From the human T2T-CHM13v2.0 reference genome, Homo sapiens, in NCBI RefSeq assembly GCF_009914755.1, contig NC_060932.1: 64,000 nucleotides of DNA. One strand, written 5' to 3'. Position 1 is the first letter of the stretch. Every line of letters begins with the position of its first letter. Both the position numbers and the translations under genes were made by a program. This document shows, in pieces, positions 12,156 through 22,114 of this stretch. The notes below the pieces were generated by a model, which worked only from the letters and a program-made list of their open reading frames with translations, was not told the DNA's origin and did not search any database.

Positions 12156-12442
12156 GTGAGTACCCTGCCACCTCGGGCTGTCATAGTGCTTACCGTGACC
12201 GCGCACCTTTACCCCGGGCTCTGTTCCGAGCGCTTCCTGTGCCCTAGCTCATTCCCTGCACCCTTGCTCGGCATGGACTGAGGCCGCACAGCTAGTAAGT
12301 AGCACACCTAGTGCAAGGGAAGGTGGCGCAGAGTGCAGGGAGCATGGCTGAGCAGCCTGACAGCACAGAAACCCTTGTCACTGAGAACGCTTGGCAGAGT
12401 GGGGTGCTTTGATTGCCTGATGGTTAACTAGAAAATTTTGTA

Positions 12443-13052
<610 letters not shown>

Positions 13053-13323
13053 TGCTGCTTGTTTAAATACTATCAATCAAATGAATGTAATTTCTTCTGG
13101 GACCAAGATCAACTCCTGAGGAAAAAAGCCCAGGTGTCTGGCGATGCCCTGGCATGCTCTGAATCCCACTTAATGAAATTAAATACATGAAATGAGACGG
13201 TATCTGTAGAGCCCTCCATACAGTGCCTGGGGCATAGTTGATACTCAGGTGTCAGCCATGCTTACTATTGGTAATTATGGTAACTGCCTGCCTTTTCCTT
13301 ATAACCTTTGTCTGCCTCTGTAG

Positions 13324-13468
13324 AAGGAGGATGGGCTTTTGCCCAAACCACTCTCTTCTGGGGGAGAGGAAGAAGAAAAACCCCGGGGCGAGGCTTCTGA
13401 GGACCTGTGTGAGATGGCCCTGGACCCAGAACTGTTGCTTCTGAGGGATGATGGAGAGGAGGAGTTTG
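13324..13468 (+). CDS. CCAR2: CCAR2 exon 15 (KEDGLLPK...GEEEF)
   Basis: ctgtag| acceptor, TTG|GTATGT donor. Confidence 0.96.
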
Positions 13469-13599
13469 GTATGTTGAGTGGTGAGAGGGGAGCTTGCAGG
13501 CTTGGGATGTGGCTTTCCACCTGTGGCCAAGCTGGTTTTCATTTTTGTACTGTGGAGTTGGGTGGGCCCTGCTCTCCATTTATCTTGGCCTTTCTGTAG

Positions 13600-13682
13600 C
13601 AGGAGCAAAGCTGGAGGATTCGGAGGTCCGGTCCGTTGCCTCAAACCAGTCAGAGATGGAGTTCTCTTCACTTCAGGACATG
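13600..13682 (+). CDS. CCAR2: CCAR2 exon 16 (AGAKLEDS...SLQDM)
   Basis: ctgtag| acceptor (NAGNAG), ATG|GTGAGG donor. Confidence 0.95.
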
Positions 13683-13989
13683 GTGAGGCCTCTTCTCGAC
13701 CACTCTGGGTCTCAGTGGTGGTGAGGCTTGGCAAGGCCTCTGGCCCACTCCTGGGAGAAGGATGCTTACCAGTGACTTCCTTTCTTGATGGACCCAACAC
13801 ACAGTGTGGTCCTTGGCTCATGGAAGGGCACGTTCATAGGCTCCAGGAGAACATTTCAGTGTCTGTTGGGGTGAATGGGAGAGGGGTATTTGATCCTCTC
13901 CTGAGAGAGGAGCACAGGAGCTTTTGCCAAAGTGGGCCAGAGAGGAAGGCTGGCTTGGGCGTGATGAACATCAGGCAAGGTGCTTGATG

Positions 13990-14158
13990 TTTTGTTTTTT
14001 AGAGACGGGGTTTCGCTATGTTGCCCAGGCTGGAGCACAGTGGTTATCCACAGGCATGAATATAGTGCACTGCAGCCTCGAACTCCTGGGTTCAAGTGAT
14101 TCTCCTGCCTTAGCCTCCCCAGCAGCTGGGACTTCAGGCATGCATCACTGCATGTGGC
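13990..14158 (-). mobile_element. FAM-like fossil Alu monomer
   Basis: Single monomer with the 7SL-type segment cagtggttatccacaggcatgaatatagtgcactgcagcctcgaactcc. Confidence 0.75.
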
Positions 14159-14252
14159 CCAAGCCACTGGATTCTGGACAGGCTGAATCCTGGGCGATAG
14201 AGCCACTGAGGGAACTATTTGCAAATCCTGCTCATCTTTGTTTTCTTTGCAG

Positions 14253-14399
14253 CCCAAGGAGCTGGATCCCTCTGCTGTGCTCCCCTTAGACTGTCTGCTT
14301 GCTTTTGTGTTCTTTGATGCCAACTGGTGTGGCTACTTGCACCGGCGAGACTTAGAGAGGATCCTCCTTACCCTTGGGATCCGGCTCAGTGCAGAGCAG
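14253..14399 (+). CDS. CCAR2: CCAR2 exon 17 (PKELDPSA...LSAEQ), EF-hand-like region
   Basis: ttgcag| acceptor, CAG|GTACCT donor; FDANWCGYL motif. Confidence 0.97.
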
Positions 14400-14520
14400 G
14401 TACCTTCTTTCCTCTGCCCCAGCACATGGGCACAGGCCTGCACTTACTCCTGCTCTAGGTTCCCGCCCATGGCCAGGGTCGGGGACGGGGCCTTCTGATC
14501 AGCAGATGTGTTTTCTGCAG

Positions 14521-14632
14521 GCCAAGCAGCTGGTCAGCAGGGTGGTGACCCAGAACATCTGCCAGTACCGGAGCCTTCAGTACAGCCGCCAGGAGGGCCT
14601 GGATGGTGGCCTTCCCGAGGAGGTGCTCTTCG
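14521..14632 (+). CDS. CCAR2: CCAR2 exon 18 (AKQLVSRV...EEVLF)
   Basis: ctgcag| acceptor, TCG|GTATGT donor. Confidence 0.97.
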
Positions 14633-14730
14633 GTATGTTCTGGGGCCCTGCAGCCTTCCTGGGGCACGGGCAGGGCAGGCTGCCCTCTCTGGAGACTCCA
14701 TCCTGAATTCTTTTTCACGGTTCTCTCTAG

Positions 14731-14919
14731 GAAACCTGGACCTGCTGCCCCCTCCTGGGAAAAGCACGAAGCCAGGTGCTGCCCCCACAGAACACAAAGC
14801 CTTGGTGTCCCACAATGGCAGCCTGATTAACGTGGGGAGCCTGCTGCAGCGCGCGGAGCAGCAGGACAGCGGCCGGCTCTACCTAGAGAACAAGATCCAC
14901 ACACTGGAGCTGAAGCTGG
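14731..14919 (+). CDS. CCAR2: CCAR2 exon 19 (NLDLLPPPG...LELKL)
   Basis: ctctag| acceptor, TGG|GTGAGG donor. Confidence 0.97.
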
Positions 14920-15053
14920 GTGAGGGCCTGGGGCTGCAGCCACCATGGGGTCACATGCAGACCAGTAGGGAACCTGCTGCTTAGGCTCAGGCCCTGCCCT
15001 GTGCTCTGGGCCTTGATGGAGCAGCCGTCCCCGTTTCCTTCTCCACCTTGCAG

Positions 15054-15259
15054 AGGAGAGCCATAACCGTTTCTCAGCCACTGAAGTAACCAATAAGACG
15101 CTGGCGGCAGAGATGCAGGAGCTGCGAGTCCGGCTGGCGGAGGCCGAGGAGACCGCCCGGACGGCGGAGCGACAGAAGAGCCAGCTCCAGCGGCTGCTGC
15201 AGGAGCTCCGCAGGCGTCTGACCCCCCTGCAGCTGGAGATCCAGCGGGTGGTGGAAAAG
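15054..15259 (+). CDS. CCAR2: CCAR2 exon 20 (ESHNRFSA...RVVEK), coiled coil
   Basis: ttgcag| acceptor, AAG|GTAAGG donor. Confidence 0.97.
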
Positions 15260-15538
15260 GTAAGGTGGGGGTGGACCAGGAGGCAGCACAGCTCCTTTCC
15301 CTGAGCTCCAAAAGTCCCCAGAAGGGCGCTTGCCCGTGTCGGGAGTGACCAGAGGGCCAGCAGGCACCGGCTTCGTCTTTCCATCGCTTGCCAGGCAGTG
15401 TGCCCCTGGTTGCAGGTTCTCTGGGAATTGAGCAGTCAGCAGCGTGCAGTGGGAGCTTCCCAGCAGGAGGCAGTCCGCAGTCCGCAGTCCTCAGATCACC
15501 TTGCCAGGCCCGATTCTGGGTACATCTGTTTCAAACAG

Positions 15539-15583
15539 GCTGACAGCTGGGTGGAGAAGGAGGAGCCGGCACCTAGCAACTGA
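15539..15583 (+). CDS. CCAR2: CCAR2 exon 21 coding part (ADSWVEKEEPAPSN*)
   Basis: aacag| acceptor, TGA at 15581-15583; total 923 codons. Confidence 0.97.
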   Translation, partial: ADSWVEKEEPAPSN

Positions 15584-16352
15584 CGGCCTCGCACGGAACT
15601 GCCATCCTGTGAGGGCAGCGGTGGCGCCCGGCAAAGTTGGAGCCCTTGCGGTACCAGAAAGCAGCGAGAGCGAGACCTGGGAGCCAGGGCAGGGGTGGCT
15701 GACCCCATGCTCAGCCTCTAGGGGACGGCAGGCCATCAGGCTGGGGGCTGTGCTATGTGGGATGGATGTGTGAGGAACCCCGGTTCCACTTAACAACTAA
15801 ATACAACATCTTTTGCACCCCTAGAATGTCATTTTGCCCTCAACCTTGGTATTTCTCCTGGGGCCCTTTTAGTCTTGTGCTGACTTTCTCCTGTCCTCTT
15901 CCAGTTTAGAATAAGACAGGGGAGAAAAAGGCTTTTCGAGTGTGGGACAAGGTCTGATGTCAGTGAACGGAACTGAAGAGCAAGACATGGAGCCTGGCTG
16001 GGGCTAAGCAGCCCCCTCCTCCGGATGGCACAGGCTCTGCTAGGTTCCGGACACAGGCTTCTGGGGGAAGGGTCTCCCTTGGCCATCACGGGAATGGAGT
16101 CCATGCTAGAAAGAGCTCAGTGTTGGGCTGGGTTTGCCAGTAGAACACTGCGTTCCAGTCACCCCAGTCTTGCCAGAAGAAACCAGCACCTCTTCCCCGT
16201 GGCTCCTGTGTTCAGAATGTGGTATTGGCTCTGGCCCAGCCTTCTCCCCTGTTACCCATAATTCTTGCCTCTTTCCATAATCCGTGGTTTCAGTTTGACT
16301 TTGTATATAAAGTTGGGGTTTTTTTTTTTTTTTTTTTTTGGCTTGTTTTTTA

Positions 16353-16358
16353 AATAAA
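16353..16358 (+). terminator. CCAR2: CCAR2 poly(A) signal AATAAA
   Basis: Canonical hexamer after a UGUA motif and a U-tract, followed by GU-rich gtgtgtcc. Further + strand AATAAA at 16646 and 17086. Confidence 0.8.
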
Positions 16359-17325
16359 CCAAAGTCAAAAACAAACTGAGAGTGTGTCCTCCACAGCTCT
16401 TCCTACTCTCCTAGGCTTGCCCGCGTGCCCTCCCACCCAGCGCCTCTGCTGGACCACGGTGCAGTTCGCTCCAGAAGGTGGGCCAGGGCCGGGGAGGTGC
16501 GCACACACCCCTGGCATGCTGGGCTGCCTGCTGGAGGGTGCTGCTGCTCCGTGGAGGGCAGCAGGCCCAGGAAGGGGTTTCCTCTGCTCGCCTAAGTTAC
16601 AGCACAATACTATGTGGACGTTTCATTGAAAATTTTACTTGAAAAAATAAAATTCCAGATACTCAGGTGAGACACAAACCCACTGTTCCTGCTTTGAGAC
16701 CTGTGAATTCTTGTGGGACAGTTCCACTGACAGCTTGCGTTCCCGAGGTACCAGTCCTCAGTGACCTCGGGAACCCCAACCACTTAGGTCCCAAAGCCAC
16801 AAGGGTGCCCTTTGTCTTGCTGGGAAGCTGGCTGAGGGCCTGCCAGGGCTGGAGGACCAGCTCTCCCGCACAGGGTTCAGGGCCTCTCCCAGAAAAAAGA
16901 GGTTTTGAAGTGAAAAGGCAACGAGGGGCCAGAGGGCTCCCCAGGATGGGTCTTTTGGAGGTAGATTTGATGCCCACAACGCATGCAAGGCTAAGACCCC
17001 CAACTTAGCCAACGAAGCCCATGGCCTCAGAAGGGCTGCAGCTTGCTCAGGCCGTGGGCCAGGATGCATGCTGGACGGTTCTCCAAATAAAAAAGCCCCA
17101 AGGGTTTGTCTACACTGCTTACCTGCTGGGGCTGTGAGTGGGGAGACGGCGGCCTGCCTAGGGCTCCTGGTGCCAGGCTCAGGAAGAGTCATTCATTGCA
17201 AAGGGCCGGCAAGTGAACCAGGGCCACCTCTGTCCCCAGCCTGTGAGAGGAGCAGCTAGCCCTGAGAAGGGCAAGGATGAATGAGGCTGACCACGTCACA
17301 GGAGTCCTCCAAGAGTGACGGGGAT

Positions 17326-17472
17326 TCAGTCATCGGCCACAATGGAGAGGGCCCGGAGCTCACTGAGTTTGGCCTCGTTCTCCCGCTCCCGCTGCTCATC
17401 GGAGTGGCCTGGCTGGTCAAGCTGATGGGACAGGTCTCCAAAGATCTTGTGCATTTCCGAGTAGTACACAAC
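17326..17472 (-). CDS. BIN3: BIN3 exon 9 coding part (VVYYSEMHK...IVADD*)
   Basis: ccccag| acceptor on the minus strand; TGA at 17328-17326. Confidence 0.97.
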   Translation of the reverse strand, partial: VVYYSEMHKIFGDLSHQLDQPGHSDEQRERENEAKLSELRALSIVADD

Positions 17473-18942
17473 CTGGGGGAGGCGACAGGGGTTGGCACGT
17501 GCTGGCTCCAGGGAACCGTGTGCTTCAGGGGGCCAGAGGCTCACACTTCTCTGCTACCCCCTGCCCTTACCCATCTGGAGCTGTGCAGCAGCGTGCCTTT
17601 GGGGATATGCAGGGCACGGAAGGGCTCTAGCTGAGACTGAACCAAAAGGAGCCGGGGAGCAACAGGGCCTCAGTGGCTGGAGGTGGAGGCGCCCCTGCTT
17701 CGGGCTCCTGGTTCCCCCAGCAGCAGGTGCAGGAAGGCATGGGCCTCCTAGGGCGACTGTGGAATGATGGGCACCATGACTGGAGTTTTACTGCTTTTTG
17801 TAAGCTAGGGGAGAACCCAAGGCTTTTGTCCATGGCAGAAAGACAGCATGGCAGGCTGATGGCTCCCAAAGCCCTAAGCCAGCTTTAGAGGCACAGGCAA
17901 GAAAGGGGATGCCCGTCTAGCCTTCTGTTCCCTCCCAACTTGCATCCCACCCTTGCTCATGGCCCAAGCTGCGTGGCCAGGGGGACAGCTCAGAGGCCAG
18001 GTTCACTGCCAGGGTCCCTCTAGGGAGGCACCAGAAATGGTGTGGGAGGGGACACAGGGTTGAGGGTGGGGCAGGTGGAGGAATGGGGAAGCCCGTCAAT
18101 TCTCCCAGATGGCTGAGGACCAGGGGCTTTTCCACAGACAATAGGGGCCACTTCTGCCTCAGTTTCTACCTCATGACCCAATGAAAGCATGCAGTTTCCT
18201 GAAAGCTTCCACGTTTCACTCTAGACATGAGGAGGAGCTCTAGACACTAAGGGGACCTTGTGGGAAATGCCAGGTGGGGCGGGGACCCACGGCTGATACT
18301 CCTGAGGCGAGATTTCCGCCGGCCGAGGGGGTGCTAAAGTGAGCTGGTCTCAACACACTGCTGTCACCTCTGGGCTGGGGGCGGCCCACCCTGCCCCCAC
18401 TCCCTGCCCAAGCCACTGTGCGCTGAGTCACTGGGAATACTCACTTCTCCATGACTAATGGCAGCCGGGCGGGCGAGGGGGAGGCTGGGGCCCAAGAGGC
18501 AGTCAACAGCCCCCAGCAATGCTGCCTGGTTAAAGGGCATCCCTGGCCTCCCATCTGCTCCAACCTGGACACGCGGGAGCCTGGCACCCTGTGGCTTCCT
18601 CCTGTGAGCAACAGGAGGGAGGGTGCAGGGCAGCACCCAGGTGACAGTGAGGAAGAGGCAGGCCCAGGTCTCCCGTGAACCCAATGGGGCGGCTGGAGGG
18701 AGCCCTCGCTGCAGGAGCAAGTGTCAGGAGAAGTCCCTACCTCCTCCTGCAGAAGGCTCTAGGTCTCACTGCCCCCTAAAGATGGCACAGGACCAAGTAC
18801 GTGGGTCACTGACAAGGTCCCGCCCCGGCATGAACCCTGCTCAGGTGTCCTGACTGGGGCAGGTGGCCACCCTGACTTTGGCCCGGCAGGGTGGGTGTGC
18901 ACTGGCCAGACTTCACGGCTGCGACTACGGGCCTGCAGGAAA

Positions 18943-18961
18943 TGGCCACTGGAGGGCGCCA
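18943..18961 (+). promoter_or_regulatory. Candidate CTCF site
   Basis: TGGCCACTGGAGGGCGCCA closely matches the TGGCCACCAGGGGGCGCTA core and is preceded by CTGCAG. Confidence 0.6.
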
Positions 18962-19818
18962 GACGCCCAGCCACGCTCAGACCACCCGGGCCAGGAGGGG
19001 CAGAGCCACAGGGACCTGGCAGGGTGCCACGGGTGTTGGGGTACTAAGGCTGTTGCTGAGCGCAAGCCATCAGCAGGGTCCTGTGTGGAAGGGACCCGCT
19101 TCTGGCATGGGTGCCCACCCTTTTCTATTTTGCCAGTTGGGGGAACAATCCTTCCTAAAGGCTTGAAGATGGAGGAGGGTGAGGAGCATGCCACTCCGTG
19201 TCCTCCCGTCCCCGAGTGGAAGGAGACGCTGGGGCCTGGCCCGTGTCTGACCCCCAGTGGCGCCCCCATGCCTCCAGGCCTGCCTTTCCACCCCAGGGCC
19301 CTAGGAGCAGCCCTGATTGTGGCTCTCCCCAGGGCTCTGGAGCCCCCTTCCTTAGTGGTTCCAAGGCAGGACTCCCGCCGTTTCCTGCTAAAAAGACTGG
19401 CTCACGGTAGGCAGGGGAGGGGAGCTGAGTCCTCAGAAAAGGCCTCCATTCTCCAGATCCCTTTCTTCTCGGCACCACCCTGGGCCAAGAAACCGCCCAC
19501 TTGAGGGTGCGGGGCAGAGGAGCTACTTATAGTGAAATGTAGAGAGATCCATGGCGGAACTGCTGGACCAAAAGGGAACCTCGGCCATTCCTGGTATGGG
19601 ATTTACCAGAGAGCAATGTGAGGAGTCTAACAGCAGACAGGTCCCCCAAGTCGCTGAGCCTGGGACTCTGGTAATGGAATGAATTCCTTCAGGGCTTTGC
19701 CTGGGGTGGGTGCCCTGTCTTTACGGAGAATGGCTAAGCCACCCTTCCAGTGTGGGTGACAGGGAGTGGCATGAGCTGTGTATACCAAGCCCAGGGGAAG
19801 AGCACCTGGCGGCCTCAC

Positions 19819-19953
19819 CTGAGCTCGGATGAGGGACTCGAAGCTGGGCTGGAAGTAGTCGAGGCGGCTGCCGTAGAAGCGCGGCATCTCCTCCAGCAGC
19901 TGCCTGTTCTTGGCTTCAAAGTCCTCCCGCACAGGCCGCAGCTCCTCTCGTGC
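19819..19953 (-). CDS. BIN3: BIN3 exon 8 (AREELRPV...LIRAQ)
   Basis: ccctag| acceptor, CAG|GTGAGG donor. Confidence 0.97.
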
Positions 19954-20125
19954 CTAGGGAACAAGACCTGGGTGTCAAAACTCTCTCACTGCTGGGTGCC
20001 GGATACGGGATGGGTGGGGTGGGGACGTCTGGTGTCTTGGTGCCCCCAGGTGAGGGGAGGGACTTACCACAGGTGACCACGATGGCCCACCTGTCTAGCC
20101 CCTGCCCACCTGTCTCCCCTGGTAC

Positions 20126-20267
20126 CTGGTGGAGCTTGGCCAGCACTGGCCCCGTCTTCTCCTTTTCCTCATACTTCTCCACCTTGGCCTGCAGCCTCCT
20201 GTAGTCCTGCAAGGCCTGTTCCCGCCTCTTCACAGCCATGTTGAGGCTCGGGAAGACACTGCCGAAC
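20126..20267 (-). CDS. BIN3: BIN3 exon 7 (FGSVFPSLNM...AKLHQ)
   Basis: ccacag| acceptor, CAG|GTACCA donor. Confidence 0.97.
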
Positions 20268-20279
20268 CTGTGGGACAAG

Positions 20280-20389
20280 CTGGCTGGAGATGGGCCCGTT
20301 CTTGAAGGGGTGGCCTGGCTGGAGATGGGTCTGCTCTTGGAGGGGTGGCCTGGCTGGAGATGGGTCCGCTCTTGGAGGGGCGTCCTGGC
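20280..20389. repeat. 35-bp minisatellite, 3 copies
   Basis: ctggctggagatgggYcYgYtcttgRagggg(tggc) starting at 20280, 20315 and 20350. Confidence 0.9.
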
Positions 20390-20399
20390 CAGCACTCAC

Positions 20400-20505
20400 T
20401 TGTCCAAAAATGTGCCCTGAGCACCTACCAAGCGCCAGACCCTGCTCTAGGTCTTGGGGAGTTCACTGTGAACAAGACAGATGAGGCCCTGTCCCCTGGA
20501 GCTTG
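20400..20505 (+). mobile_element. L2 fragment
   Basis: tgagcacctaccaagcgccagaccctgctctagg...tgaacaagacaga resembles the L2 3' end. Confidence 0.6.
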
Positions 20506-21505
20506 TGCGAACGTGGACAATGTCATGGGGTGAGGGCAGATGAGAGGAGGTGGGGTTGTGGGCCAGGTCCAGGGAGCTGGGTGGCACAGGGTGGCCCAGG
20601 AATGAAGGGTGCCCTGACCCCCACCTCCTGTGAGCTTTATCACACAACGGACTAGGGGATGGTGGGGAAGGTGCCTTGAAGTCATCTGGCCAACACCTCA
20701 CTTTTAAAAAGGAGGGAAACTGAGGACAGAGAGAGATGACCTATGACTCATCCAAAGTCACGATGAGGCAGAGAAGGTCTAGAAGAGAACACAGGTGTCC
20801 ACATTCTCTGTCTGGCACCCTTTCCAGCCCTCACAGTGCCACTGGCAGGTGGCAGAACTGAAATCTAAACTCACCCCTGCCCCAGGGCACCTTCTCCTTC
20901 AAGGGCTCCTTGGCAACATGAAAGCAGCAGAAATCCTCTGGCTCTGCCATTGGAACCGCCAAAGTTCCAACCAGCTGCTTCAGGAAAATGCCCTGAGGAC
21001 CTCCACTGTGACTAGAAGGGACCGCGTGGGAGACTCAGAGGAGTGGCCCTCAGAGAGAGCAGCAGTGGACGATGCAACGCTGCAGGTCCACACCGGCCTC
21101 GTCTTTGTGGATCATGTGTCCTCTAGTGACCAGGAGCAGTGCTCTCCTGAGGCTCTCGCTGCTGCTGCTGGAGGGCTGGCCCTCGGTGCGATGGCAGGGG
21201 GCGTCTACCAGGCAAGCCAGAGCCCTGCAGTGTCCAGGATCCGGCTGCGCAGCCCAGGGAGCTCATGACTCTGTGGCCATTCGGAGGTGACCCAGGACCA
21301 GAAGAGTTGGTTCCTCCTGGACATTTTTATGAGGAACCCAGAGAGGAGGAAAGACGAGGGCAGGAAGCAGTTACTGAGACTGGGATCATAGGCACTCAGA
21401 GTTGAGAGGATGCTGGCAGACTCACTGTCAGGTTCCAGGAGCTCAGCTACCACACAGAGCAGGACTCCCAGATGTGCCTCTCAAAGGACATGACCAGGAA
21501 TTTGG

Positions 21506-21791
21506 TTTTGAGACAGAGTCTTGCTCTCTCACCCAGGCTGGAGTACAGTGGTATGATCTCTGCTCACTGCAGCCTCCACCTCCTGGGTTCCAGCAATTCT
21601 CATGCCTCAGCCTCCCGAAGAGCTAGGATTACAGACGTGTGCCACTACGCCCAGCTAATTTTCGTATTTTTAGTGGAGACGGGGTTTCACCATGTTGGCC
21701 AGGCTGGTCTTGAACTCCTGACCTTGAGTAATCCACCCGCCTCAGCCTCCCAAAGTGCTGGGATTACAGGCGTAAGCCACCGTGGCCGGCC
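21506..21791 (-). mobile_element. AluS (short tail)
   Basis: Antisense Alu dimer. Confidence 0.9.
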
Positions 21792-21793
21792 TG

Positions 21794-22114
<321 letters not shown>

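Noticed and set aside
15470-15490. (GCAGTCC)n matches the AluYb 7-bp duplication
   Set aside because: There is no flanking Alu sequence, so this is coincidental.
20280-20389. CRISPR-like ~35-bp periodicity
   Set aside because: Head-to-tail repeats without unique spacers, in human intronic DNA: a minisatellite.
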